Below, one piece after another: positions 20,458 through 31,529 of a stretch of DNA of 64,000 nt. Numbering within the stretch: the first letter of the stretch is position 1; each line of letters begins with the position of its first letter. The notes under the pieces are model-generated. The model worked only from the letters and a program-made list of their open reading frames with translations. It ran no database searches and was not told where the DNA came from. The DNA is from Nitrosopumilus sp. (lineage in GTDB: Archaea > Thermoproteota > Nitrososphaeria > Nitrososphaerales > Nitrosopumilaceae). Position numbers and translations under genes: made by a program. The DNA lies in assembly GCA_965249555.1 (NCBI GenBank), contig OZ252243.1:1824001-1888000 (forward strand), written 5' to 3'.

Positions 20458-20520
20458 AGGCGATTCCTGAGCTCTCTTGCGAGTCTCATAGTTAGCATTA
20501 CACCAACGGAACCGTACTAA
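20458..20520 (+). ncRNA. Putative DUF3800-associated structured RNA
   Basis: GC-richer segment right after the stop: CGATTCC...GGAACCG outer stem enclosing hairpin TGAG-CT-CTC-TTGC-GAG-T-CTCA. Confidence 0.45.
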
Positions 20521-20858
20521 CTATACCAATCTCTATTTTTTAAAGGTTGGGATTCTCAAATCATTTTAAAAATATCCATAATCATCAAATATTTTATTTA
20601 CGTACAAAAGCTAAACCCCTCTTCTGAGGACTCCAAGTGGAGTAGATCTTAAGGTCCTGGTGTTAGCTGGTGTTATACTACATATGCCCTTAGGCCAACA
20701 GTTCCTGATGTTTCCCGGTAATGCAGTTTGTGGTGTTGCCATATGTATGAGGCAGACTGCCGGGGTTGCTTTTCAATAATTGTCAAATCAACCAAATTGC
20801 TACCAAGTCTCTTTTCAATCTCGTCTGATACTTTGATGGCATCTTCCCAACTTGAGAA

Positions 20859-20938
20859 GTATGTATCAACCTTCACACACAAATCAATACAATTACACAG
20901 AGTGGTTTGTTTCAGATGTGATGGAAAAGGTCAGTACA
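20859..20938 (+). mobile_element. IS end fragment (GTATGTATCAA family) abutting the truncated SWIM transposase
   Basis: GTATGTATCAACCTTCACACACAAATCAATA matches the reverse complement of ~30325-30355. Confidence 0.55.
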
Positions 20939-21363
20939 AGAATGAATTTGTAATTGCATTGATTACAGGAATATTTTTGTCTCTTCGTTCCATTTTTGAG
21001 TTTTCTGAATCCACGTTTTACTATTGTAGTCGAATTGCATTTAGGACAAACTTGCGGATTGTTTATTCTCTCAATTTTATTTTCAGTGATGATATTTTCC
21101 TTTAGAATGATACAGCTCTGAATATGCTTGCAGTGTTTGTTGTCCTGTATTCTTAATAGGTAGTGAAAATCTCCACATTCACAAGTCCATACGTCAGTTT
21201 TTAAGAGCTTTCTGACATTGTATGATTTGTCTGAACTTTGAGAGTCTACAACGTAGTGATTTTTTGTAATCTTTCTGATGGAGTTTGTCTTTGAGAAAAT
21301 CTGTATTACTTTTTGTTTCCTTGAATCAATGCTAATAGGTAACATTATAGGTAATATAAACAT
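20939..21363 (-). pseudogene. N-terminal part of SWIM-zinc-finger / zinc-ribbon DDE transposase (IS6/rve-like)
   Basis: VDSQS..KSYNV..WTCECGDF..HCKHI (SWIM) then CPKCNS..VKRGFR..QKYSCNQCNYKF; DDE domain missing. Confidence 0.7.
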
Positions 21364-21412
21364 TAGACTAGTTTATAGGTAACATTATAGTCAGGTCATT
21401 AAACTTACCTAT

Positions 21413-21592
21413 ATGCCTGAAACAAATGTTACAAGGTTAGTTTTGGCAAACAAAAGCAATTCTTTGAGAACTACAATTCCAGCTCACATCATAAGACAAT
21501 TCAAACTAAGAGAGGGTGATCAGTTAGAATGGAGTCTTGAGGTAAAAGGTGGAAAAATGGTATTGGGAGTAACACCAAAAAAATCAAAGTGA
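21413..21592 (+). CDS. AbrB/MazE-type DNA-binding protein (59 aa)
   Basis: Manual translation ...SLRTTIPAHIIRQFKLREGDQLEW...; divergent from the transposase, with repeated TAGGTAACATTATAG sites near the two starts. Confidence 0.75.
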   Translation: MPETNVTRLVLANKSNSLRTTIPAHIIRQFKLREGDQLEWSLEVKGGKMVLGVTPKKSK

Positions 21593-21752
21593 TCATTCAT
21601 GATAGTCAATGATAAGTTTAAAAAAAAGAATTATGATAGTTGGGCAAAATTAGATTAATAAGGGAAATAAAGGGACTAGCAAATCAAGTAAAAAAATTGA
21701 TGATTATTATATTATACCCGAGGAATAATTATCTCAATAGGGATGAATATGT

Positions 21753-22337
21753 ATGGGAATCAAAGAAAAAATACTAGAAAATGGAGACGAATTACAGAAA
21801 TTTCTGATTTTGTTAGCGAATGCTAACAATGAACCAATCAAAGGGCGATTAAAACTTCAAAAAATGATGTTTTTGTTGTCAGATAAAATTGAAGAAATCA
21901 AGAATCAAAGTAGTTATGATGCAGACAATTATGGTCCATATAGTGAGGTAGTTGATGAAGAAGCACAGTATTTAGAACAAATTGGAGTACTTTCAAGCAG
22001 ACCAGGTGAAATCATTCTAACTAAAGAAGGGAAAGAGATTGCAAAAGAACTGATTAAAAAAGAAAACAAGAATGTTTTAAATGTATTAAATGAATATAAA
22101 AAATTCTTGAATGATCTAAGTAGCAAAGAATTACTTGCTTATGTATACTCAGCTTATCCAGATATGACTGAAGAATCCATCGAATATGAAAATCTAAAAC
22201 CAAATATAGAAAACTATATTCTATCACTAGTAAAAAAACAGAAAATTAGTGCACAACGAGCAGCTGAATTATTGAATAAATCACAAGAATACATAATTAA
22301 AAAAATGAAAGAAAAAGGCATAATGATATTAGGATGA
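21753..22337 (+). CDS. Putative antitoxin (YwgA/SocA-like domain + C-terminal UPF0175-like HTH)
   Basis: GRLKLQKMMFL...YGPYSE and KISAQRAAELL motifs. Confidence 0.6.
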   Translation: MGIKEKILENGDELQKFLILLANANNEPIKGRLKLQKMMFLLSDKIEEIKNQSSYDADNYGPYSEVVDEEAQYLEQIGVLSSRPGEIILTKEGKEIAKELIKKENKNVLNVLNEYKKFLNDLSSKELLAYVYSAYPDMTEESIEYENLKPNIENYILSLVKKQKISAQRAAELLNKSQEYIIKKMKEKGIMILG

Positions 22338-22339
22338 AT

Positions 22340-22479
22340 TTTGAAAATATTAGATACATCAACTATAATTGCAGTATTTAATGAGATTAATTGTCCCGAA
22401 TTAATTGATAAAATAATACAATTAGGACATGACTTAGCAATACCGTCTTACATAATGAATAGTGAATTATTAGATAAAT
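22340..22479 (+). pseudogene. PIN-domain toxin N-terminus truncated by IS
   Basis: Manual translation (M)KILDTSTIIAVFNEINCPELI...LAIPSYIMNSELLDK, ending at the IS TIR. Confidence 0.6.
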
Positions 22480-23620
22480 GAGACTTGGGCATAATGATTT
22501 ACAAAAAAACCAAGACTTTTCTCTAACAACAAAGCATTCTTTTCACAATCCTTGGATTCCCACTTCCAATTACACAATTATAATACACTGCCAACTGATA
22601 CACCAGCACGCAAATCAGCACGAATGATTGTACGTTCTCAAGTCCTTTCACCGGAACTGTTCTAATGTTAAACGTATCCTTGATTATTTCAAAGAGTGGT
22701 TCAATTGATATTTTTCTCTGGGAGTATAATTTCCGACCAACTGCTGAATTGTAAAACCCTATCAACTTTATTCTGGCTGGCGGCGTAGACGGGTATTTTT
22801 TGACCGGACAGATTAATCTCATGGCATTATTCTTAGTTGACTTGTATGGTTTGGAATCATCATATGCCGGATCACACAGTATGTTATTCATCAATCCAGA
22901 AAGTGACCCAATCAATTTCTCATATGGCTTGCTATCATGGACATTTGCAGTAGTTACACATGCAGATAATGGAACTAGTCTTTCCTGTACTGCAACTCAT
23001 GTGTAGTTTGTATCCATACACCCAACCCTTTGATTTGGAGAATCCCCACCTGGCATTTGTGTCAATTCCTGCAATTGGTAGGTGATTCTTTTTGATGTCT
23101 GATTTGTGCCATACTGGACCTGAAGCTTTTAGCATTGAACTATCAACTGATGCTGATTCACTATTCACCAATCCTTCTGAGACAAACAAATTTCCTACAG
23201 TGTTAATAATTTCATTGATTGGCAAGCATTGAAATCTTCTGTCAATTGTCCTTCTGTCAGGGATTTGGTTTAGTCTGCAAACCTTGAGTAATTTGTCATT
23301 GGTACATTTGATTGAGAGAAAATAATGCAGTGTGTTGTTACTTGGAATTCTCATCCATGACTTTACGATGAATAACTGAACCATCAGAACAGTTGAATAG
23401 ACATATGGCCGTCCTCGTCTCACTGCATTCTCATACAGAGACAGTGTTCCAACCAGATACAAAATACTAATAAGAAATGACTCACATAGAATCTTGTCAG
23501 GGATTTTTATTTGTTTTGTAATCATTCCAATGAACAAAACATGATTGAGATCCTTGGCTTTTTCTATTTGAATAATTTGAGAAATCGGTTAAAAATTAGA
23601 ATGGATTATGCCCATGTCTC
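22480..23620 (-). mobile_element. DDE_Tnp_1 IS (IS982/IS5-like), frameshifted transposase
   Basis: TIRs GAGAC(T/A)TGGGCATAAT; SVDSS, GWVYGYKLH, CDPAYD, RKISIEPLFE motifs split over ORFs 22935-23537 and 22523-22915. Confidence 0.88.
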
Positions 23621-23655
23621 ATATAGTTATCAAACACTTTAGGAGTACCAAGAGT

Positions 23656-24059
23656 GTGAAGGAAAAGGATCTGTATCATATAATTGAGAGTACCGGTCCC
23701 TTTGCAAAAAAATATTCTTCTATGAGGTTCCAATAGGAAAGTGGGCCACAAGTAGAAAAAAAATAGATATGGTATGTAGAGAAAATTATAATATTATGAT
23801 TTCAATTGAAGTAAAAATTAGTGACTGGAGAAAAGCTCTACAGCAGGCTTTTAGTAATCTGTATGTGTTTGATTATTCCTATGTAGCTTTATGGCACAAG
23901 ACCGTACCGAATGTGAACACGGCTATCTTTAAAAATTTAGGTATCGGAATACTCAAAGTGGATGATTTTTGCAAAGAAACAGTAAAGGCCAGGAGATCAA
24001 AATTGATTGTTCCCAAATGCAAATTTGACAATAATATGCTGATTACAAATGCCATATGA
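23656..24059 (+). pseudogene. PD-(D/E)XK nuclease-like gene, frameshifted 5' part
   Basis: IDMVC...ISIEVKISDWRKALQQA...DYSYVA. Confidence 0.5.
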
Positions 24060-24145
24060 TGAAGTATATTTCCAAAGATTGGAAGAAGATAATCCTGAAG
24101 ATTATGAAAAACTAAAATCTAAAAAATCCTCTTAATTCTGTTTCT

Positions 24146-24490
24146 TTAGTCTTTATCAGAATCATCAGAACTTTCATTTTCTCTTCTACCTGGACCTACC
24201 CTGTCTTCTGGTTTTACCTTGTTGTCCCAGTTTCCTTTTACTCCTTTCACTAAAGCAATGATTCCCGCACCCGTAAATCCAATAATTAGTACAAAAAATA
24301 ATGTTTGATCAATTATCTTAAATGAACAGTTGATTTCAATTGGTGCCTTGTCATCAGAGTACTTGAAGCATGTTTCAAACTCATTTGACTCTATTGTAGC
24401 TGCTTGATAATTATGCCCAAACACTCCAAGAATAATAAATCCTACAAAGATTAGTGCAATACCAATCATAATAAATCTCATATCGCTCAT
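24146..24490 (-). CDS. Two-TM membrane protein
   Basis: Two hydrophobic helices. Confidence 0.7.
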   Translation of the reverse strand: MSDMRFIMIGIALIFVGFIILGVFGHNYQAATIESNEFETCFKYSDDKAPIEINCSFKIIDQTLFFVLIIGFTGAGIIALVKGVKGNWDNKVKPEDRVGPGRRENESSDDSDKD

Positions 24491-24542
24491 GTTTCCCCCC
24501 TTGATTTATCGTATTTACATTTTGGCTTGAAAATTTTTAGTA

Positions 24543-25004
24543 TTATTTTTCAAGTGATGTTTTGAGGTTTTCAAGTGATGCTTCATAAAATGAACCCATA
24601 AATGCAAGAAACTCCAAAAATTGTTTTTCAGACATCTTTTTACTGTTAAGATATGATTGCCATGTTAATTGAACTATCTTTTTTGATTTTACATTAATTG
24701 AAATTGTTGCAACATATGCTCTTAATGGCAAACCTTCAGTCGCAATGTATGTGAAATATTCTTTATCTTTCCATGCAACAACATGCTCTTCAATTTTACT
24801 CCCATCTGCAAATGTAATTAGTCTAATTGCACCAACATTTCTTTTCTTTTTAGAAAGGTAAATTGTCTTTTTTACATCCACTACCCATGTTGGCAATCCT
24901 GCAATGTTGCTGATTTTTCTCCAAACTTTGTCTTTTGATGCTTTAATTGTAATTGTCTTTTTTACAGAACCAGTATGGAATGATTTTTTTGCAGTTTTTA
25001 CCAT
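24543..25004 (-). CDS. SRPBCC family protein
   Basis: ITIKASKDKVW...VGAIRLITFADG..IEE pattern. Confidence 0.8.
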   Translation of the reverse strand: MVKTAKKSFHTGSVKKTITIKASKDKVWRKISNIAGLPTWVVDVKKTIYLSKKKRNVGAIRLITFADGSKIEEHVVAWKDKEYFTYIATEGLPLRAYVATISINVKSKKIVQLTWQSYLNSKKMSEKQFLEFLAFMGSFYEASLENLKTSLEK

Positions 25005-25081
25005 ATTATAACCTGAAAACTAATGGATTTTAAATTTTAGTTGTACAACCATTTTTAATCCCCATAAAATAATGATATCAA

Positions 25082-26362
25082 ATGGTATTTGGATGGGGGA
25101 AAAAGAAGCAAGAAGAAAAACCTACAAGGAAAATTCCTCAAGAAAAAGAGGTACAGCTTTCTAACGTCCCTAAAATTTTGGCTGATCTCACTCAATTACG
25201 AGAATCACAAACCGTCTCTGAGATAAAATATCTGAGAAACAATACTGAACCCTTGATAGATGATCTGATAAAAATAGGAAGTGTTCTTGCCAAAGATAAT
25301 CTCAAAGTTGATGATATTGACAAACATCTTGCAATTATTGTGGTTAGAGGTAAAAAACAGGTAATTGATGTTATCAAAAAAGATGTTGTACATTTACCTG
25401 AAATTTCATCAATTGATGATGCAAAAAAACTAAACTTTTCACTAAACCAAGTACTCAAAAAAGTTGGTGATGTGTTGGGAAGACAAACCCGAGTAATCCA
25501 CATCTTTGCCAAAAAATATGCAACTCAGTTAAAAGTAAATCTTGAAGTAATGAACAGAAATCAAAACGAGATTCATAAACTATTAAAAAATTATGATTTT
25601 ATACAATCGAGTTCTGATGAGATACTAGATACGCTGAATCAAATTAAGACTCTAAGTGAATCACAATTAGAAAAAAACCAAAAGATTGGTAATGCGAGTA
25701 AAATTACACAGTCACTAGATGAAAAAATTTCATCAATACAGAATTCAATTGAGGAGGTAAAGTCCTCTGATAATTACAAAATGTATGTTGATTTGAAAAA
25801 TACATTAGATACATTTAGTGCTGAAAAATCAAAGATAAAAAATGTAGTTAATACACAATTTACAAAAATTTCTCGTCCTCTTAGTAGATATGAATATGGT
25901 TCTTCTTTAGACAAAGAACAAAAAAATCTCTTGACCAAACTAGTTAACGATCCATTTACTGCACTTCTTCCACAAACCAAGGATTCTATTATTTTGATTT
26001 TAGAAAATGTTAGAAAAGGAATTTTTTCTGGTTCTATTTCTGTAAAAGACGTTGACAAATCATCATCTCAGATTACAGAAACCGAAGAAGCACTTGACGG
26101 ATTTATAAAACAGATTTCTGAATATTTAGAAAAATATGAAAAGATGAAAAGTGATCTAAATGCTCTTAATTCCGATGAACTTGTATCTTTGGAACATGAA
26201 TTGACCAAAAACATCTCATTTAAGGAAGATTCACAGCTTAAATCTGAAACTTTTCAAGGAGAAATTGATGATATTGATTCCAAGATACCAAAACTTGTAT
26301 CTGAAATTGAAGAGAAACTAAGACACTTTTCAAATACAAAATATTCTGTCTTACCTCCTTAA
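25082..26362 (+). CDS. Coiled-coil conserved hypothetical protein
   Basis: 426-aa ORF with long heptad-rich regions. Confidence 0.75.
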   Translation: MVFGWGKKKQEEKPTRKIPQEKEVQLSNVPKILADLTQLRESQTVSEIKYLRNNTEPLIDDLIKIGSVLAKDNLKVDDIDKHLAIIVVRGKKQVIDVIKKDVVHLPEISSIDDAKKLNFSLNQVLKKVGDVLGRQTRVIHIFAKKYATQLKVNLEVMNRNQNEIHKLLKNYDFIQSSSDEILDTLNQIKTLSESQLEKNQKIGNASKITQSLDEKISSIQNSIEEVKSSDNYKMYVDLKNTLDTFSAEKSKIKNVVNTQFTKISRPLSRYEYGSSLDKEQKNLLTKLVNDPFTALLPQTKDSIILILENVRKGIFSGSISVKDVDKSSSQITETEEALDGFIKQISEYLEKYEKMKSDLNALNSDELVSLEHELTKNISFKEDSQLKSETFQGEIDDIDSKIPKLVSEIEEKLRHFSNTKYSVLPP

Positions 26363-26393
26363 AATTAAATTAGTTCAAAACTGAAGAGTTTTT

Positions 26394-26801
26394 ATGATTT
26401 TCAAGAAGAAAAAGTTTGAGCGCAAAGTGTTATTGCAAAAAGATGTACTTGATAGCATCTTATCATATTGCAAAATGAACCATCCAAACGAAGGAATTTT
26501 GATTCTAAAGGGAAAATCCAAAAATGGAGAAATAAAAATAGATGGGCTTGTAATTCCTCCTTTCAGTGAGACTGGTCCTACATTTGCAGGATTCCCTCAT
26601 TCGTTTTTACCATTTGATATGAGCTATCTTGGAATTGTTCATTCTCACCCGAGTGGTTCTGCAGAGCCATCTGTTACTGACTTGCATAATTTCTTTGGAT
26701 TGGTATCACTAATTGTAAAATCTCCGTATGATGATGATTCTATTTTTGCATGGGATAGTAGTGGAAATTCTATTCCTCTCTCAATTGTACAAAGTTTGTA
26801 A
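26394..26801 (+). CDS. JAMM/MPN+ metalloprotease
   Basis: HPNE...HSHPSGSAEPSVTD motif. Confidence 0.92.
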   Translation: MIFKKKKFERKVLLQKDVLDSILSYCKMNHPNEGILILKGKSKNGEIKIDGLVIPPFSETGPTFAGFPHSFLPFDMSYLGIVHSHPSGSAEPSVTDLHNFFGLVSLIVKSPYDDDSIFAWDSSGNSIPLSIVQSL

Positions 26802-26871
26802 AATATCTGATGAAAAATCCAAAAAAGACTGACAAAACTTTATATCCAATTTTTAAGATACTTTTAATGAA

Positions 26872-27195
26872 TTGTTCAATTTAAAATCTTATCTAGTTTT
26901 CCTATTTGCATCACTTGCTGTTAGTATTGGATTACAGATGATCCTTCCATTCCCATACGGTTTGGGGGCTGCACTGGCAATCTTTATTGCATTTCCATTA
27001 TTTTTAAGAAAACGATACATGAATCGTATGCGTGGTTATGGTGGCGACTCTGAAACAAAAGGTGGTGGATTCTTTGGAATGGGTTCACAAGATAGCCCGG
27101 GTAAAGTAAAGTATGTTTGCCTTGTCTGTAACAACAAACACAAAGGTGGTACTTGTCCACGTTGTGGATCCAAAATGCAACGAGCTGATTTTTAA
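26872..27195 (+). CDS. Membrane protein with C-terminal zinc ribbon
   Basis: Two TM segments; CLVC...CPRCGS. Confidence 0.7.
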   Translation: MFNLKSYLVFLFASLAVSIGLQMILPFPYGLGAALAIFIAFPLFLRKRYMNRMRGYGGDSETKGGGFFGMGSQDSPGKVKYVCLVCNNKHKGGTCPRCGSKMQRADF

Positions 27196-27208
27196 TCGTG
27201 AAAGCAAG

Positions 27209-27526
27209 ATGACATTAGAAGAATTAAGAAAAAAAGTTCTATACCAAAATTCTATTGAGATATGGATTGGAGCAAGCAAAGAAAAAAATATGGACTGGTT
27301 TGATACTGAAAATTACAAAAAATTCATTGCTTTTCTTCTAAAAAATAATCTAAACATGAAACAAATGCCCATTTGCTTTGATGAATCAGACATAGCATCT
27401 GAAGGCGGACACAGCAAAAAAGTATTTGCTAACAAGTTGGCAGCATTCAATGATGAGAATTCATCATGCTATTCAATAAAATTGAATGATGGTAATATTG
27501 AACTAATTCGAAAATTCGATCTCTAG
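27209..27526 (+). CDS. Conserved hypothetical protein
   Basis: Likely start MTLEELRKK inside the ORF-track call 27113-27526. Confidence 0.6.
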   Translation: MTLEELRKKVLYQNSIEIWIGASKEKNMDWFDTENYKKFIAFLLKNNLNMKQMPICFDESDIASEGGHSKKVFANKLAAFNDENSSCYSIKLNDGNIELIRKFDL

Positions 27527-27531
27527 TTTTA

Positions 27532-28899
27532 TTATCGTTTTAACTTTGGATTAACTATTACATCAAGTGCATTTCCAATAAAGACAAATGCAAGACCTGT
27601 GATGGCAATCATTACTCCTGGCGGCATTATCCACCACCATAACCCTCTAGCTGCTGCACCAAACGTATTTGCATCATGTAGGATCTGTCCCCATGTTGGA
27701 AATGATGGATCTCCTAATCCCAGAAAACTAAGCCCAGCTTCTGTAGTAATTGCAGCTGGAACTGATATTGCAATACTTGCAAATGCATAAGGTAGCAATT
27801 GTGGCACAATGTGTTTGAGAATTATTTTGGAATCTTTTTGCCCCATCATGTTTGCTGCATCTACGTAGCCTCGAGTTTTGATCTGAAGTGACATACTTCT
27901 TGACACTTTTGCTATTCCTACCCAGCCAAACATCATCAAAAACCCCACCATCAAAAATATGCTATTGCTAATTGTTACTGAGAGTATGATAAGAAATGGA
28001 AGTACTGGCAGTGCATAGATTACATCGTTGAATCTCATCATTGTCTCATCCGTTTTTTTACCCTTGAATCCTGCATAGACTCCATAGAGCAATCCCATAA
28101 TCACTGATGCAATTGCAACAACAATGCCGATGAATAATGCAAGTGGTGTTCCCCACAATAATCCTATTGCTAAATCTCGTCTTAGCTCATCTGTTCCCAT
28201 TATTCCAAAAGCTTTACCTCCAATGATTAGTTTTGATTCTGGAATTTGAGTTTCAGAATTCACTGAATACAAATCTATTGAAAAGACATAGTTTCCTTTT
28301 AGTGGCTCATTTGTTTTTGTTTTTGAAAAAACAATGTCTTCAGCTGATAATTTGTCAATAGTAAATGCAAATAGTTCTGATTGTAATGACAAGTTTTTCT
28401 TTATTGTTGCATCTGTTGAAAAAATCCTTTCACTGTGAATCGTTTTTGAATTTGAGAATGGAAGTGATGTTGTTATCAATTCAAGCTTAATACCATCAGG
28501 TCTAATTACTGTCATTTGTAGTAAGGGTGATCCAGAATATTCTGATGAAAACTCATAGATGAAATCATTTGGAAAGTCATCATAATTAAAATTCAATCCA
28601 AACTGATGTGATGTAAGTGAAATTTCTCCTTGTGAATTTGTTTGAATGCTTGGAGTTTCTAAGATTTTGTGCTCTGGAATCTTTTCTGTCATAAAGAGGT
28701 TCACCCAAATTGGAATTGCGACCTTTGGATATGAAATCCAGTGACCTGGGTTATGCCACTCTTGAAATGTCTCAAGTGGAATTGCAATCATGGCAATAAT
28801 TGATATTGCAACAAGTATTGCAAGAATTGTAATACCTGCAATTCCCATCTTGCTTTTGAGAAATTCTTGCTTTATTTCCTGAGGACTTATACTGCTCAT
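27532..28899 (-). CDS. ABC peptide transporter permease (OppC/DppC-like)
   Basis: GTDELRRD, EAA-like YVDAANMMG, EAGLSFLGLG, WWWIMPPG. Confidence 0.93.
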   Translation of the reverse strand: MSSISPQEIKQEFLKSKMGIAGITILAILVAISIIAMIAIPLETFQEWHNPGHWISYPKVAIPIWVNLFMTEKIPEHKILETPSIQTNSQGEISLTSHQFGLNFNYDDFPNDFIYEFSSEYSGSPLLQMTVIRPDGIKLELITTSLPFSNSKTIHSERIFSTDATIKKNLSLQSELFAFTIDKLSAEDIVFSKTKTNEPLKGNYVFSIDLYSVNSETQIPESKLIIGGKAFGIMGTDELRRDLAIGLLWGTPLALFIGIVVAIASVIMGLLYGVYAGFKGKKTDETMMRFNDVIYALPVLPFLIILSVTISNSIFLMVGFLMMFGWVGIAKVSRSMSLQIKTRGYVDAANMMGQKDSKIILKHIVPQLLPYAFASIAISVPAAITTEAGLSFLGLGDPSFPTWGQILHDANTFGAAARGLWWWIMPPGVMIAITGLAFVFIGNALDVIVNPKLKR

Positions 28900-29960
28900 T
28901 GGCCTGTCCTCACTCTTGGATCAAAATAACCATAAAGCAAGTCTGCAATGAAAATGCTAACAAGGAAAAATACTGTGAGAATGTAGGTGGAACCAATAAT
29001 TATTGGCAAGTCCATTACTGTGATTGCTTCAAAGTATAGTCTTCCCATACCTGGCCAATCAAAGACAGCTTCTGTGATGATTGCACCGCCAAGAGAACCT
29101 GATAAACTAAGTGCCAAAATTGTCACAATTGGTGGGGCTGCATTTTTTAGAGCATGAGAATAGATTATCTTTTTTTGCTTGATTCCAATTGTCTTTTTAG
29201 CCATGATGAAATCTTCCTGCATGATTCCAACCATGAAATTTCTTACCAAGTAAGCCCATGAACCAAAACCAATCATTACAATTGTAATCAATGGTAATGC
29301 CATGTGATACAACAATGTCCCAATGTATCCTGGATCTGATGATGGAATATCTGGAGTTGCTCTTGCAGGAAATATCTGATACGTAAATGCAAATAGGAAA
29401 ATCATTAGCATTCCTATCCACCATACAGGAAAACTAGAACTAATTATTGCAAAACTCGATGTCACTCTATCCACAATAGAGCCCACTTTACTGCTAGATA
29501 ATGCTCCCAGAAAAATTCCTATAATTGATATGATTATCGTAGCTGTTGTAAACAGCAGAATTGTTCTTGGAAGTTTCTCTAAGATGATGTCTCGTACATC
29601 AGAAGACCCAGAGTCACTAATTAGAAATGTCGCATTCCCAAAATCCAGTAGCAGTATTTTGTACATTGTAAGGCCTATTCTTTGAGGCGAATACCATGGC
29701 TCATCTAATCCTAAAATCTTGATTCTCTGGTCTATCTGACTCTGAACAAAGGCCTCAAATTCTTTAACTGATGAAAAACTTTGAGATATTGTATGATCTT
29801 CAGTTATCTCAGATCTAACCTGAAATACAATTCCTTGTTTTAATATGATATCCATGTTAGAGCCAACAAGAGCGATTGTAATCAACAGTGTAATCATCAA
29901 AACACCAAACATTGTTACCATTCTTGTGGCAACGTATCTCTTTAGACCCAATAATCTCAA
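28896..29960 (-). CDS. ABC peptide transporter permease (OppB/DppB-like)
   Basis: HALKNAAPP, GAIITEAVFDWPGMG, DLLYGYFDPRVR. Confidence 0.93.
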   Translation of the reverse strand: MRLLGLKRYVATRMVTMFGVLMITLLITIALVGSNMDIILKQGIVFQVRSEITEDHTISQSFSSVKEFEAFVQSQIDQRIKILGLDEPWYSPQRIGLTMYKILLLDFGNATFLISDSGSSDVRDIILEKLPRTILLFTTATIIISIIGIFLGALSSSKVGSIVDRVTSSFAIISSSFPVWWIGMLMIFLFAFTYQIFPARATPDIPSSDPGYIGTLLYHMALPLITIVMIGFGSWAYLVRNFMVGIMQEDFIMAKKTIGIKQKKIIYSHALKNAAPPIVTILALSLSGSLGGAIITEAVFDWPGMGRLYFEAITVMDLPIIIGSTYILTVFFLVSIFIADLLYGYFDPRVRTGQ

Positions 29961-30080
29961 GTGAAAAAATTGCTTTATAATAATTTTTTGTGAGGAAAAT
30001 TAGTCAAACAACTACGATGAATTGTGAGCAACTCGTGAAATAATTAAAGAATAAAAAGTGGTATGTATCAAGCACTTTAG

Positions 30081-30322
30081 ATGTTTCCTGATTGATTCAT
30101 GAGTGTTCTCAACTTTTATGTTTTGTAATATCTTTCCGTCATTATTCATTGTTGCCACTTGAAGAAATTTCTTGTGCAAGTCAATGCCAACATACATGCT
30201 CTTGTCTTTTTTTACCCTAATCTGTTTCTTTGGACTTTTCTTGGAATACGATGAATTACGAATCTTGGAATTAGATTCATTTCCTATGCTATCTGATTTC
30301 CTTCTTTTTGTATTCACATATA
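30081..30322 (-). pseudogene. IS110/IS1111 transposase 5' fragment
   Basis: YVGIDLHKKFLQVATM DEDD RuvC start; truncated at the GTATGTATCAA end. Confidence 0.8.
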
Positions 30323-30615
30323 GCTATTGATTTGTGCGTGAAGGTTGATACATACAATTCATCAATACTCTACTACTACTAAGCTGTTGCCTTACGTAAG
30401 ACAAGGTATTTGATATAATAATAAAATACAATTGTGATTTTTGTTTTTTGTAATTTTTAGGCACAAAATTTTGCCCTCATCTCTTATATTTCCTCTCACG
30501 TTTACGAATAAAATGCGGTCTAAAATGAGAGAGAAAAAAATCAATTTTGCACAATACAATATCAAGTTTAGGCCGAACATGAAGTTTAGATAAGATGATA
30601 TCCTATCAATTCTTA

Positions 30616-31452
30616 TTAATTTTCTTTTTCAAATTTAGTAATCCATGTTTTAAGATCTATTATGGATTCTTGAGGTAATTCTCCTTTAACTACTACTGGA
30701 AATGCAAATCTTTTTTGTAATTCTAATACTAAATTTTCTTGTCCAAATGGATAAATCTGATCTTTAAATTGCCATAATAATCCTTTTTCTTCTTGAATGA
30801 TATCTCGATGTATCTCTTGCCATCTACATGCAAATATTGGATATATTCCTAGAAATCTACACATTTCTAACTTGGTAACAATCTCTGATTTTGGAGTTTG
30901 ACTCAACATATTTTTTATTTCTACTCCTACTGCAATTTTTCTTACTTTATGTTCTGCAATAATATCTAATATGTGCTTTGTTCTAGACCATTTTTTTCCT
31001 CTATAGGTTCTAACATATTTCTCCTCTAAAATTTCAAATCCATTTGCTCGTAATTCATTTTTTACCAAATAATGAAGATGCTCACCAACCATCTTAGCTA
31101 TCTTTACATCAGAATATCTGGAAATCCAATATGCCGATTTTTCTATTTTACCTAACATGTTTTTTTCAATGTTTTCTATTGGCGGTCTTGCTGAAAAATA
31201 GAATCTTGCATTTCCTACTCCTTGAATATTATATTTGAGAGATTGTAAAATCCCCAAATCTTCCATATTGTTTAATGCATTTTTTACTTGACTTGTAGAA
31301 TATTCCTTTTCTAGCATTACCTGTATAGCCGATTCATGTCTGGGTGTTTTTTTTGGTCGATTAGAACTATCAAAAAAAAGCCCAAATATGCTCTTTTTTA
31401 GTTTAACATCCATATTTTCTTTGCGTAAAACATGAATTTGTATTTTACGCAA
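30616..31452 (-). CDS. wHTH + PD-(D/E)XK restriction-endonuclease-like protein
   Basis: E...LRANGF...LDIIAEH...GVEIKN motif; N-terminal helical/wHTH region. Confidence 0.65.
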   Translation of the reverse strand: MRKIQIHVLRKENMDVKLKKSIFGLFFDSSNRPKKTPRHESAIQVMLEKEYSTSQVKNALNNMEDLGILQSLKYNIQGVGNARFYFSARPPIENIEKNMLGKIEKSAYWISRYSDVKIAKMVGEHLHYLVKNELRANGFEILEEKYVRTYRGKKWSRTKHILDIIAEHKVRKIAVGVEIKNMLSQTPKSEIVTKLEMCRFLGIYPIFACRWQEIHRDIIQEEKGLLWQFKDQIYPFGQENLVLELQKRFAFPVVVKGELPQESIIDLKTWITKFEKEN

Positions 31453-31529
31453 TATTTTTAACTTTTTTCAGCCTATTTCTTCTATTTACTAAATGAGCTA
31501 GGAATTATAACTCCTCTCGTAAGTGGTAA

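Noticed and set aside
20610-20858. GC-richer segment with 69-aa minus ORF and possible hairpins
   Set aside because: Cannot assign a family or a supported structure; its start lies in an IS-end fragment.
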